From Marsupella aquatica (lineage: Eukaryota > Plantae > Marchantiophyta): a DNA stretch of 64,000 nt. The notes below the pieces were generated by a model. It saw only the letters and a program-made list of their open reading frames with translations, ran no database searches and was not told the DNA's origin. The stretch covers positions 15,527,974 to 15,591,973 of the forward strand of contig OZ316899.1 in NCBI GenBank assembly GCA_973895155.1. The letters run 5' to 3'. Each line of letters begins with the position of its first letter. Position 1 is the first letter of the stretch. The position numbers were made by a program, and so were the translations under genes. Shown piece by piece: positions 11,131-24,080 of the stretch.

Positions 11131-14100
11131 TGTGGTGCGTCCCATGGCTCCCTAAACCCAAGAAACCCCCCAGCTCATGCCGATTCCCGCGGGTTTCGCG
11201 CTTGGCGAGGCCGTTTCCGCGGCTTAGCGGCATGGGACGCTGCTAACCTTCTACTACTACTATTAACATTTTACACACATATACTTGACAGATCCTTCAT
11301 CGGGTCATGAGATACGTAGCCGGCCTAATCTAGGCCTTCCCCTGTCTTCCCTTCCGTCTTGTTAGGTATGTTTGGATTCCGCCGCCGGAATGATCCCCAA
11401 TAGGCTTGGTTAAGCCGCTAAGACCTCTCTCAGCTCGACACATCCAACTCTCACTCCCCTGCTTACTTTCCTTCCTTCTGGTTGATGTGGGCACTCTTCA
11501 CACAAGTTAATGCGACACACAAATAGCAAAATGACTCATTCTGACTGAGTCATACCATGCACTTGCCATACAAACAGTACATCTCATACACAAGCTCTGC
11601 GAACTAAGCCGTGAGGCCAACTCTATTCAACTCTTAGGCATGAGGAAACATGAATATACACAAGGGTCACTGTATGACTAACCGAGAGCTTCTCGTACTA
11701 CTTGATCCCAGCCCGGCTGGTGCAAACTAAAAACTTGCTAAAGAAGAGGCCCTGAGCTCCCCGCTACCCAGGTACTTATCCTGGTAGTGGATCCACCATT
11801 CTTTGCATCGTAAGCCTAATCTACTTAACAGTAATCTACTTGACCGAATCTACCTATGTACAGCAAGGCAGGAGCACAAGTGTTGCTCCTACCAGTGGGA
11901 CCGCAATCCCACTAAGCTAAGTGTCAGGGCCGCTCCTGGTCCTGATCCTAATCCTAAACTTGGAGATCCGCGCCCGCCCTACCCACTCACGCCTCCTCCC
12001 TCCACGTCCGCCCTCCCTAAAAGGAACGGCGCCCTTGCACCGTCACGACACCGGTGGTGGATCCTTAATGGACGCCCCCAACGCTTCCTCCTCAGCCACT
12101 GCCATAGGCTCATTCCCTGACAGATTACCTGCCCTTGACTGAGTCAACTCTCCATCGGCCTGACTGGGTCCACCATCGGCGTCGGCATCGGCTCGGGAAT
12201 CGGTTACGGCCTCAGCCTCGGCTACGGTCTCCCCGGTCTGCTCAAGAGGCGGATCTGGAATACCGGCCTCGTTACTGAGTAGTTCGGCTTGGGCCGCACC
12301 ACCCCCACCTGTGATGATAGCGGGATCTATTGCTGTATTCATGCCGGAGGATGGTGCTGGTTCTACCTCTTTGGTCACCACGGCTTGTGGAGTCGGATTA
12401 CTCCTTGACCCTGAAGGTTTCCGCTTTTTCTTCTTTTCTGGTTCGGCCGCTGGTCCCTTCCCCTTCCCACTTACTTCCGGCACTGGTGCAGTTGGCGCGG
12501 CTTTTTCTTCGGCCATTACCACTCCTGGTAACTTGGTTGCCCCAATTGGAGTTGGGCCTGATGAAGACAAGCACTTAAATACTGCGGCTTGTTTCTTCAG
12601 CCGCTCCGTTTGGTTGTCGGCCCGCCGCTGGAGGTTCTCCATCTTCCTCGTGATTTCCTCCAACTCCTCCTGGGTCTCATCCAGGTCCTTGCGCGCCTCC
12701 TCTAGTTCCTTCTGGGCTTCCTCCCGTTCTTGTTTCAAGGTAGTCCTCTCCTCCCGGGTTGCTCTTAGCTCCTTGTCGAGCTCTACAATGATGACAGACT
12801 CCATCTGGTTCATCTTGGCGTAAGTCTGTTCGAGCATCTCGTCCTTCTCCCTTAGGTCGGCCTTGAAGCTGGCCGTCAGGGACGCAAGCTCCTGCTGCAA
12901 CGCCATAATCCCTTGATAGGATTTCCCTAACTCAGCCTCCTTCTGCTCAAGGGCTCCGCGGATTTTCTTGAGCTCCCCCTTCAACGCCCATTCCTTTCTT
13001 TGGGTCTCCGCCATGGCCCGGCTGTTGGCTGTTATGTGGGCCTCCTCTGTATTCTTCAGCTCTTGCTTCCACTTCTCCCTCTCTTTGATTGTGTCGGCCA
13101 ACTCTCCCTGCGTCTGAGTCAGTTTATCCTTGATATTCTGATTATCAGCCTGCGCGGTGTCCAACTGCCCCTGCATGATGTTCAGCTCATGTCGTTTAAT
13201 CCGCAGTTCATCTTGGGCTTTCTTGGTCGCCCTTAGATCTTCAATCTCGGCTTCCATCCTCCTAAGCCGCCGAATGACCTCGTCCTTCTTGCTTCTCTCT
13301 AAAGCCACCGCTTCTTCTAATTGGTGCTTCTCCAACTGCTCCCTATGGAAAAAGGGTCCTACCTCCAACTCCTCTCCAAAGATGCCGAGCGCAAGTTCCC
13401 CACACATCTCACCATACTCCATGGCTCTATTCTTAGCGTAGGTGGAGTAAGTAGAAGTGATCGGCATCGCCCATCGCGGCCTCTGCTCCCAAGCCGACCT
13501 GAGGATCTCTTCAATCGTGGCTAGAGGTTTGCTTCCTTTTTCGGCTAGCCGCCTGATGTCCTCCGGCCAATCTCCTCCTGGTAAATCCTTTTCCCTAGCC
13601 AGGGCTGCCTCCTCTTCCTGCCTGATTCGCTCCTGAAATTCCTGCACCGTCTGTTTTATGCCGTCGAAGCTCGGGGGAGCAACATCTGGTGGGGGAGACT
13701 CAGGGCTACTCTACTGGTTGGGGTCCCCTCGCACTACCCTTGGAAGTGTGGGGACAAACCGGCCACAGGTCCTTACTCCTGGAACGTGATGGTCCGACCC
13801 ATAGCCGGAATTATCATGGCTGCAGTCCTCCACTGCCTCCTCTACCTCTTGGACGTCCGGCTTCTCCCTCTCCTCTTCGTCGGTAGGAGCTTCAGGCAAT
13901 TCTGCCTCCGGCAATTACCTTGGGAGTAAGATAGAAATCCTTCCCATATATCCTCGTGCAATTGGTCTCGAGTTCCCATGACCCCACGAATTCTAATAGG
14001 TCTGACTCCGGTACCTCCGGCTTCAGCCATGGTAATCTTACAAAGGCCTCTAAGCCGGATCCGGCCATGAAGCCTTGGTACTTCTTGGTCTGCATGGCCG

Positions 14101-15062
14101 TGAAGCATGCATCCTCCTCCCGTGCAAAATGTAGTTGCACCTCCACCGGTAGGGTTGCCGCCCAGCCCTTCCAGGTGTCATCCCTGGTTGGAATGGCCTT
14201 GATGGGATCGACCTCCTCCTCTTCGGCTTCTCCCTGCCTCCTGCTCTGCTGCTCGGCTGGCTTCTTTGGTGCCGCCGACCTCGTTCTTTTTTCCGGGGTG
14301 GCTTCATCGTTGACGGCTCCCTTCCTCTTCATCTCTGCTGCCGTGGAGGTTTCTCCTAGCACCGTTGCCTGGGTCCACCTTTCCGTGCTTCCCTTTAATT
14401 CCCAGTGTATGTCGTTGCAGTTCTTGATGGCCTCTCGGATGCCGACGACGCTGTCTTTGCAAAACAGAAGATCGTCGAGTTGATTGGAAGTAGGCGTCCA
14501 CAGGAACTCGTCTTTGATGAGTTCGCCTCCTAAGAAAGCCGTCTTCTGCAGCTCCCACAATCGAGCGAGCTCCTGCCGTTCTCGAGTTGCCCTTTCTGAT
14601 TCCTCGTCTTCGTAAGTCTTGATGTACTCAGTTGCCCGTTCGAACAGGCATCCCCAGAAATGTGCCGCTTGATTGACGTTGCTCATACCCTCCTTAGGTC
14701 GATCGTTGGTATCTACTCTCTCCCCGAGTGCTTGCCTAAGCAGCTGACAGTAGTTGGCCTCCCGTAGTCGTCTGCCTAGTTCGTGCTCGCAAATGAGCCA
14801 CCATCTCCTGCAAGCGCTCCTTACCCCTCTCCTCTGCCGGTCCTTCTTCCCGTTGATCCTTCCTAGCCGCCGACGCTTAACGCGCCCTAACCCTAATCGG
14901 GTTTTCACCCTCAGCGTCCTTACCTCCGGCCTCGGCCCGGGTTCCATGGTTGCCCCTAATGGTTTATATTTTCCTTGTTTTGTCCCTATACTAAGGTGTT
15001 CCTAGGGTGTCCTCCTGGTTTACCCACTTAACTGGCCGAGTGATTCCTGTCTAGGCATCACA
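11131..15062 (-). mobile_element. Family-1 solo LTR (3,932 bp), inverted, inserted into the pol of its own family
   Basis: Ends TGTGGTGC...GCATCACA. 5-bp TSD GGACA at 11126-11130 and 15063-15067. Its reverse complement matches 17852-19005 and 32799-35580. Confidence 0.93.
12043..14947 (-). pseudogene. LTR-encoded accessory protein of family 1 (plant-transposon-protein-like domain plus long coiled coil), internally deleted copy
   Basis: ORFs 13892-14947, 13711-13914 and 12043-13647 are colinear with the + strand copy in the 3' LTR. Contains GLEAFVRLPW...LLEFVGSW...IYGKDFYLTPKVI and an E/K/Q-rich heptad region. Confidence 0.8.
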
Positions 15063-17838
15063 GGACAGGACCTAGCACCTGAGCTTGAGAAGAAGACCAG
15101 TGAATTACTAATTGAATTTCAGGATGTGTTCGCATGGAGTCACCAAGATCTGAAGGGAGTAGACCCAAAATTAGGAGAACACCGAATTGATCTAATGTTG
15201 GGGGCCAAATCGTTTCGACAACCAATTCAAAGGATGAACCCTAAGTATTCCCTGATGGTCAAAACTGAAATCGACAAACTAGTGGAAGCCGGATTCATCA
15301 CTCCAGTCCTACATTCCGACTGGGTGTCTCCAATTGTAATAGTTCCCAAGAAAGCTGGACCCGATGGTAAGCCAAAGATCCGGGTTTGTCAGGATTACAG
15401 GAAGTTGAATGAGGCTATGTTAAAAGACCATTTTCCTTTACCCTTTATTGATATGGTACTAGACATGGTAGCCAGTCATGAACTATACTCATTCATGGAT
15501 GGATACTCTGGTTATAACCAAATCAGGATTAGGCAGGAGGATCAAATCAAGACGGCCTTCATCACAGAATGGGGGATCTATGTCTTCAATCGTATGCCAT
15601 TTGGACTCTGTAACGCACCAGCGATGTTCCAACGATTAATGGTGAACATTTTCCATGACTACTTGAGAAAGTTCATGGAAATCTTCATTGATGACTTTGC
15701 AGTCTTTGGGAAGGCATCAAAGCATGCTAAATACCTCAGGAAAACCTTCATGAGATGCAGAGAGGTAGGTCTCAAGTTACACCCAGATAAATGTTTCTTT
15801 GGAGTAATAGAGGGTGTGCTACTAGGTCACAAGGTATTAAAGAAGGGCATTGAGATTGATAAGGGTAAACTAGCAGTGTGGCTAGATATCATGCAACCTA
15901 AGAACATAAAGGATGTGAGATCCTTCTTGGGATGCATTGGTTATTATCGCCGGTTCATCAAGGATTTTGCCAAGCTAGCTTTACCATTAACCAACATGCT
16001 CAAGGCAGGTGTAGACTTTGAACCCACACCAGAACGAGTAATAGCAGTGGTGGAATTGAAGCAGATGTTAGTGGAGGCCCCAATCATGATAGCACCAGAC
16101 TGGAACAAGGATTTTCATGTCTTTGTAGATGTCTCAGGCTTCTATATCGGCTCAGTACTAAGTCAATTGGATGAGAAAGGGAGGGACCATCCCATATACT
16201 TTGCCAGCCGCCAGCTTGCCGATGCCGAACGAAACTACTCCACCACAGAAAGAGAAGCATTAGGAGTCATTTGTTCCTGTAAAAAGTTTAGACATTATTT
16301 ACTAGGGTACAAAGTAATCTTTCATACCGATCATGAAAGTTTGAAGTACCTAGTAAATAAGCCAGACCTTACAGGCAGGGTAGCAAGATGGATTTTGCTA
16401 TTACAAGAGTTTGACTACGAGCTAAAAATCAAGTCGGGAAAGCTACATGCCAATGCCGACTTCTTTTCAAGGATCACAAGAGAACCTGCCACGGATTGCA
16501 TCGATGATCGATTCCCGGACGAGGAGCTCTTCATTGTGGAAATAGCTGATACATGGTACCCTGAAATTTAACAATTTCTCAGCACATCCAAATTACAGCC
16601 AGGGCTAAGCAGAGAGCAAGCCGCAGTCTTTTTGCAAAAGGTCAGACAATATTAGTGCATTAAGGGCGTACTACACAGGTATGAAATGAGCGGCACGATC
16701 CAAAGGTGTTTGGAGAAAGGAGAAGTAAAATGAGTCTTAAGGGCTATGCATGGGGAGGAGGCCGGAGGACATTTTGCTCCAGTAACCACGTCTAAAAAGA
16801 TATTAAATGCCGGTTACTGGTGGCCCACCTTGCACAAGGATGTCTATCAGTTTATCAAACAATGCGATCCTTGTCAGCGAGCGGGAGGACCAAGGGCGTC
16901 CACAAGACATCCACTGCACCCTATTCTACCTCTGGCACCATTTGAGAAATGGGGTATTGACTACATTGGACCTCTGAAACCATTGACCCATCCTCGGAGA
17001 AACAAATACATAATCCTGGCCACGGATTATGCAACTAATGGGTAGAGGCCAGGCCGACAATGAAGGATGATGCAATTACTACGGCTCAATTCATGTATGA
17101 GCAGATCTTCACCAGGTATGGCGCACCCCTAGAATTAGTTAGTGATAGAGGAACCCATTTTCTCAATGATATAATTAGTCGTTTAAATGAGTAGTATTTA
17201 GTTAGACATAGACCTACTACTCCCTACCACCCAAAGGCAAATGGGTTGACAGAACAAGCAAATGGAATTATAGGAAACATATTAAACAAGACCGTAGCTC
17301 AGAACAAACTCGATTGGGATGATAAATTGTTTGCTGTTGTTTTTGCTTACAATTTAGCCTATAAATCCACTACCGGTCATACACCCCTTTTTTTAACCTT
17401 TGGACAAGAAGCCCTGGTACCCATGCAACTTGAGATTCCTACATTTCAAGTTACAATTGAGGAGAGAGCCTCAGAGGAGGAAAGCCTAAAGGAGCGAGAA
17501 TATAGATTAGAAGCTTTAGAAGAGGCAAGAATGATTTCAGCTGAGAGAGTAGAATATAGACAGAATACCATGAAGCAACAGTATGATAAAAAATTGAAAC
17601 CAGTTAGTATTCACACAGGAGATCTTGTATTACTTTATGACAGTAGGTATAGTAGGTTTCCAGGGAAGCTTTACACTTGCTGGCTAGGACCTTTCAGGGT
17701 ATCAATGAAGTTCTCCAATGGCTCTGTGCAATTGGCCAACATTACTGGAGAGATATACCCAGTTTGCATCCATTATGACCGCCTCAAGAAATACTATATG
17801 GACGAAGATGAAGTTGTTTGCAAGGACGCTTCACAATT

Positions 17839-17851
17839 AAGTGGGGAGCTA
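17839..17851 (+). promoter_or_regulatory. Polypurine tract of family-1 gypsy
   Basis: AAGTGGGGAGCTA lies at the end of integrase, directly before the LTR start TGTGATGC. Confidence 0.8.
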
Positions 17852-19614
17852 TGTGATGCCTAACCAGGAATCACTAGGCCGGTTAAGTGGGAAAACGGAA
17901 GTGTACCCTAGAAATACCTTAGTATAGTTACAAGAATGAGGAAAATATAAACAATTAAGGATGACTATGGAACCCGGGCCGAGGCCGGAAGTAAGGACGT
18001 CGGGGGAGAGAATAAAATTAGGGTTAGGGTGCACTAAGTGTCGGCAGCTAGGGGTAACCAACGATAGGGAAGACCAGAGGAGGAGAGGGGTAAGGACAGC
18101 TCGCGAGGAATGGTGGCTCATTTGCAAGCACAAATTGGGCAGACGACTACGGGAGGTCAACTACTGCCAGCTGCTTAGACAAGCACTCTAGGCGGGAGCA
18201 GATACCAACAAACGACTCAAGGAGGGTATGAGCAACGTCAATCAAGCGACACATTTTTGGGGATGCCTGTTCAAACGGGAAACTGAGTACATTGGGACTT
18301 ACAAGGACGAAGAATCAGAGAGAGCAGCTTGAGAATGGCAGGAGCTCGCTCGACTGTGGGAGCTGCAGAAATCTGTCTTCTTAGGAGGAGAATTCATCAA
18401 GGCCAAGTTCTTGTGGACTCCTACTGCCAATCAGCTTGACGACCTTCTGTTTTGCAAAAACAAGATCGTCGGCATTCGGGACGCCATCAACCGTTGCAAC
18501 GACATACACTGGGAGTTGAAGGGTAGCACAGAGGGGTGGACAAAGGCAACCGTGCTAGGAGAAACATCCACAACAACCGAGATGAAGAGGAAAGGAAACA
18601 ACAACGAAGAGGCCACCCCAGCAAAAAGAACGAGGTCGGCGGCACCAAGGAAGCCAGCAGAGCAGGGAAGCAGGAGGCAGGCGGAAGCCGAAGAGGAGGA
18701 GGTCGATCCCATCAATGCCATTCCAACAAAGGATGACACCTGGAAAGGCTGGGCGGCGACCCTACCAGAAGAAGTGCAACTGCATTTTGCACGGGAGGAG
18801 GATGCATGCTTTACGGCCATGCAGACCAAGAAGTACCAGGGCTTCATGGCCGGATCCGGCTTGGAAGCCTTCGTAAAATTACCATGGCTGAAGCCGGAGG
18901 TGCCGGATTCAGACTTATTAGAATTCGTGGGATCATGGGAGCCCGAGACCAATTCCACAAGGGTGTATGGGAAGGATTTCTATCTCACTCCCCGGGTGAT
19001 TGCCGAAGTGTTTGGCTTGCCGATGGGCAATAAGACCAAAGTAGATACCAGGAAGACCTTGCCAGACAAAGAGTTTCGGTCGTTTCCAGGGCCATCAACA
19101 AAGAATGGCTTCTTTCGAAACACCTGCACCAACCCACACATAGGAGAAATGATTGATTTCTTGCGGGTGACCATGCATTGTAACTTGCCAAGGGCAAAGA
19201 TCGGCAAGGCACAGGTCTATCTGGCGGAGAGGCCAGACCCAAGCCGAGACTACAATGGGTACCTCCTCACCCAACTAAAGAAGATCTTGAAGGAGGAATA
19301 GCTGGTGATCGGCATGGGAAGCATGTCCCGGCTTGGCTATCACATGCCGTTGTTGTGCCGGTATGCCAGAAGTCAGATCTTTGCCCCAGTACTTCCCCTG
19401 CAGGCGAGGGCACCAGAGGAAGTCCCGGAGCAGAGGCCGGAACCAGAGGAGCCCAACCAGCCCGCCAGTCCTACGATCGAGCAGATGTTTCAGCCAAGAA
19501 AAGAAGACTTGCCGATGCAGCAATCAGGCATGCAGAATCTGCTGAAATTGCTGGAAAAGGAGAAATCAGCCTATTCATTAAAAGTGTATTTTCTTTTGTT
19601 CACAAATCAGTCCT

Positions 19615-19700
19615 GAAATGTACACTTTTATGTCCCCAAATGTACACTTTACGAAGCCCAAATGTACACTTTTTGATACCTAAATGTACACTTTATAGGC
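19615..19700 (+). repeat. Left subterminal repeats AAATGTACACTTT (about 4 copies)
   Basis: Directly visible; same motif at the right end. Confidence 0.85.
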
Positions 19701-19960
19701 CAAATCTTATTAGTATTATATTATATTATTATATTATATTATATTAATTATAATAGTATTATATTACTTATTAGTTCACAAAGAACCATGGGATAGAGAT
19801 CATACTTGTAAAAACATTTCCGCACAAAGAAGCCCAGGCAAGGACCATTGATTGATAATGTGTGAAAATAATTATTTACAATTGTGTCCAAACTTACAAT
19901 GAATATCCAGCGCTGGCACCATTTTTACTATCTAATGGGCTTAATACATGAGTCAGATCT

Positions 19961-21094
19961 CTAAACAAAGTGCTCCTTACAATATTTATTTGAGCACGTG
20001 CCTTTGTCTCCTTTACTATCTACCCTAATGTCACGGTTGCAACTCCCTTTATCTTCAGGGAGATGAAATTTGGTGGTGTTGTTCCTAACTGCTATAATCT
20101 CCCGCAAAAAGTGTCTGGGATTTTCTCTATACAGACCTGAATATTCTCGTCCTACAAATGATCTAGCAAGTGAGGTGACAAGTGCATCGTCAAGTTCCAC
20201 CTCAGGACGTAAGCTACATATACGGTGCTTCACAGCCCAAGGAATCTCATTGCTATTGAGGTCCAGCACACTATGCCTATACTGTGACTTCCAAATTTTT
20301 GCTGCACATCTCTTACTAAGTTGATTATAAGTAATCTCATTTTTTGCCTTGTCTCTCTTAATGTGCAATAGAGACCACTTTGGAGAGTTTAGGAGAAGAT
20401 AACAACGAATGTCACTTGCATGTGACAATTTCTCAAGACATGGCCAAAGAATTGTTAGAAGAAAATTGTCTCCACGATTGGCATGGGTGTAGGACACTGG
20501 AAATAGTCCGGTCATGTCTGGGTTGGCAAATGCCTTCAAGGGGGAGTCATCCACAAGGAGTGTGTTGGTTTCATCATATAGATTTCCAAATGCACTCCAT
20601 ACCACCCGAAAATCCTTCAATAGCACATTTGCCTTTCCATTTGTAATGTCACGCCTTTGAATGCTTGTGTCAAAGGCTTCCACCCGTGTGAATACAAACT
20701 TCAGTTTCAACCGCTCCTCAATTGTGAACATCATGTTCAACATTTTCACTGTTCGTGGCATCCCAGCACATGTCCAAATTGCAACGTCAAACCTGTCAAA
20801 AACCAACTTTAGAAACTCATGGAGCCCTGGCCTCTCTGTATACATGCGACTAGTTCCATTTGATCTATCCCAATGCACTCCACTTGAGGTGACAATATTC
20901 CTGGATGTGCCCTTGCTTTGGAATTCAATAGAATCCCAAAGTATTTTATTAAGGTCCAAAATCAGCAACTTCCGCTTGAGGGGACCAGGTCTCAATTCTG
21001 CAAGTGCACCAAACACCATTCTCAGAGAAAAGACCAAAAGTGAACTTTGGATTAGGATTGTCTCAGTCCAAAAATACAAGACAATGGCTGACAA
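19961..21094 (-). CDS. FCP1/SCP (NIF) HAD-family CTD-phosphatase-like protein; probable ATG at 21019
   Basis: KRKLLILDLNKIL, RPGLHEFL...FDVAIWTCA, LLKDFRVVW, NTLLVDDSPLKAFANP. Resembles the DLNGxL subfamily. ORF is uninterrupted. Confidence 0.88.
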   Translation of the reverse strand: MSAIVLYFWTETILIQSSLLVFSLRMVFGALAELRPGPLKRKLLILDLNKILWDSIEFQSKGTSRNIVTSSGVHWDRSNGTSRMYTERPGLHEFLKLVFDRFDVAIWTCAGMPRTVKMLNMMFTIEERLKLKFVFTRVEAFDTSIQRRDITNGKANVLLKDFRVVWSAFGNLYDETNTLLVDDSPLKAFANPDMTGLFPVSYTHANRGDNFLLTILWPCLEKLSHASDIRCYLLLNSPKWSLLHIKRDKAKNEITYNQLSKRCAAKIWKSQYRHSVLDLNSNEIPWAVKHRICSLRPEVELDDALVTSLARSFVGREYSGLYRENPRHFLREIIAVRNNTTKFHLPEDKGSCNRDIRVDSKGDKGTCSNKYCKEHFV

Positions 21095-23684
21095 AAAAGA
21101 AAATTAACCTACATACCGTTTTTAGAAGCCTCACAATGTGTAGACGGATATGGAGACTTTAATTGGTGAGCGCATTCTGTGAGACCGAGAAGTATTTTAG
21201 ATTGATATGAATAAATACAAAGTCAAAGGCTGAATTTCATTCCGAAATAAGAGATCCGTATTCATCAATAATCATGTCAGCACCAAGCTCCTGTTGGATT
21301 TCAAAATTGACATCTGAAGTACTTTGTTCTACCCAATAAGGTGAAGTCCAAACAGGAGTTATCAACCCCAATTCTCCACTCTTATACTCCTCCTTATTGA
21401 GAATTGAAGGAGCAGCATCCAATGATATTTCTTGGCCTCGATTTGGCCCACTTTTCCACACATAAAATCGTGCGTTGCATTCCAATGACCTCCATCCAGT
21501 TGATCCAACTCTATTTCCTTTCTTTTTTGAGAGCGGAAGGACAATAGGACTCCCCGAGTGTGAACGAACGAACACCAATTTGTCATCAGAAGCTGAAAAG
21601 AGTGTGTCGGGACAAATTGAAGCACCTGCCTGGTTGTCAACAGCCGTTGATGCATTTCCTCCTAGATTGATCGGAATGTCAGGCAATCCGCCAGTCTCCC
21701 CCTCGGTCTCCCCCCGAGTCAATTCTTTAGTTTAAGCTTCATTTGAATCTCCGAGCCTCGTTGCGCCTTCATTGATCAGATTGGTTGAAGAAAGATGATC
21801 AAACGTATCAACCCTTGCTCCTTCCAGTTGCTCCATCTGTCCTCCCAACGTTGTTGGATTGGGATCATCCTTGTCCAAGTTATCATCAACTTGAACTTCA
21901 TTGGGCCCCGGAGGGATGTCATCTAAACCAGATGAACGGTTTGGTGCAAGTCCAATATCATCATCTACATCGTAAGGCTCACCTTGACCAACACGGTCAT
22001 CCAAATTCTTGACATATGCCTTCTCTGATGCCTCTACGCCTTCAGCCACTTTGTCAGCAACATCTTCAGACTCAGAACCATCGGATTCAACAGCGATAGC
22101 TACAGCCGCAACAGTGGTAGCCCACTGTCGAGAATTTTCAGCAAGTGATTCACAATGAGCTTTAAGTGAGGGAACTCTCTCGCAAAGGTAGGAAGCAAAA
22201 GCTTCCACAAAATGCCTCTCAGAGTGAGAGTCACAATAAACAAAGCATTCCCTATCGCAAAAAAATGATGTCTTCATGACTTGGCCACCGGAGAAAAAAT
22301 CTAGAACCAAATCTCCCGGTTCTGACAAGGATTCAATAATCCTTCGGATCATCCGCGTGGGTTTGGCATGAGGATTAACCCACCCTCCGCGACTGCCAAC
22401 TGTCTCAAATCGAGGGGCCATATTCATAATCTTGACGGCCTCTTCCGGGTCCAAAACCACTTTTAGGTCGTCGTTTTGTGTCCCCTCATCTGATTCCTTA
22501 GCCTTCCCCTTTCCCTTGTCGATCTTGCATACTTCGTAATCAACATCCTTTGCAGTATACAAGAATTTTGGCTTTGGATAGTTGGGCTTGAAAACTTCAT
22601 TCCAATTGACGTCTTCATCTCGAGAAATCCCCGCAAAGATAACTTCTTCAATCCCCCCACCCCAACATGAGTCATGAGGGTGCGGTTGATCATCTCGAGA
22701 ATAACTCCCATACTCAATGTGAATGGTCAAAGCTTTCTCTTGTCCCAGTTTATGAAGGGCACCATGGACATTCAATGCAAGTTGTCTAGGATGAACTGTT
22801 ATCGTCACAACAATCATGGGATTTTGTGGAAGCTCCACAATGTATTCAAAGAGAACAAGAATCTCTGCTTCAGTCCATTGTTTTTGCGGAAGCCGGCTAA
22901 AATCAACAATGGCAAGAGGGCAGGTCGGAGGAGCTTCTTGCAATGACTCTGGATCAATGGTCTTCATGAGATTGTCGCTAAAAAATGTAGCCCATGGTAG
23001 GGTCCAAGAACGTGATCCTCCGCCAAATTTCTGGCAGTATATATCATCTAGGCGGAATGCCAATGCTGTCGGCAAGATTGCGCTCTCCCGCGTATGATTT
23101 GGTTTTAAAAGGTTGGCAAGATAGACCTTGCCAGCGGCTCTTCGACACCTGCTGAACTCTGAATCAATTGCTAGCGTAGGAAGAACCTCCACTACTTTCC
23201 CCCAATTAGTATTTGCCGGGAAATTCACCGCATCCTTGGTGCAATAGTAGTCTTCAATAAGGGACTTCAGTTTCCGCACGATCTTCACATCTTTGGCCAA
23301 CTCCTATATAGATGGCATGTCTGATTTATTAGAGGCATCTTTCTTTAGCAATACCTTTCCTGACTTCACCCGCGTCAGTATTCTTGTGATGTCTCGTTGT
23401 GAGATCAACTCACCATCAAAACAACGAAACATGGCAACAGTAATTGCTTTTTCAGAATTCTCATTTCCTTCTACCCCAACTCCATCGGGAAGTTTCCCAT
23501 CCAACCACAACTGGCATACCAAACTCCATAACTCAAAAAGAGCATCGTCCGCAAACAGTAACCAGTAAACATTTCGACAATCTTTCCTTCCCATGGTCAT
23601 TCTTGCAAGAGCCAACCAATCCTACAATTGCAAAGGAAAGTCTGTTAGTTCTCCATAACTCAATTGTTTGACAGCACTCAGGTG

Positions 23685-24080
23685 CGGACTGAGACCATCA
23701 CAGTCCAACACAGAACTAGACAGTATCAGTGGAAATATTCTATTGAATGTGCATGATTTAGTTTGGACTGGGACCATCCCAGTCCAGAACAAAACTAGAC
23801 AGTATCAGTGGAAAAATAATCTATTGAATGTGTATGAATCCATTTGGACTGGGACCATCCCAGTCCAAAACAAAACTAGACAGTATCAGTGGAAAAATAA
23901 TCTATTGAATGTGCATGAATCCATTTGGACTGGGACCATCCCAGTCCAACACAAAACTAGACGATATCAGTGGACAAAGATTCTACTGAATGTGCATGAA
24001 TCCATTTGGACTGGGACCATCCCAGTCCAACGCAAAACTAGGCGATATCAGTGGAAATATTCTACTGAATGTGCATGAAT
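23685..24080 (+). repeat. ~80-bp tandem repeat (5 copies), each with the palindrome TTTGGACTGGGA-CCA-TCCCAGTCCAAA, inside a predicted intron
   Basis: Directly visible; lies between donor 24118 and acceptor 23622. Confidence 0.9.

Larger units (their letters stand above)
1..17863 (+). pseudogene. pol: Ty3/gypsy (non-chromovirus, Athila/Phygy-like) pol of family 1: linker-RT-RNaseH-integrase, in segments 1-277, 11025-11130 and 15068-17863
   Basis: Frame 1 is open from base 1. Removing both inserts gives contiguous ...MRLERLEAELDPNLKK...ELNLGQDLAPELEKK...QDVFAW. Motifs: RT (VCQDYRKLN, MDGYSGYNQI, MPFGLCNAP, FIDDF), RNase H (FVDVSG, YSTTERE), H2C2 zinc finger, integrase (GIDYIGP, SDRGTHF, WLGPF). 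Stops and a frameshift occur after 16571. No chromodomain. Confidence 0.93.

Noticed and set aside
12043-13647. Host myosin/SMC-like coiled-coil gene (also 33683-34732 and the end of 56245-58887)
   Set aside because: It lies within TSD-bounded LTR units and has no motor or ATPase motifs.
18018-18029. Telomere repeat (TTAGGGTTAGGG)
   Set aside because: Only two units inside an LTR; at most a telo-box-like motif.
21732-23300. Bacterial contamination or a restriction-modification system
   Set aside because: The MTase-like segment is part of a spliced gene within eukaryotic TIRs, with no restriction enzyme or operon structure.
23685-24080. CRISPR-like regularly spaced palindromes
   Set aside because: The intervening sequences are near-identical rather than unique spacers, there are no cas genes, and the context is a eukaryotic intron.
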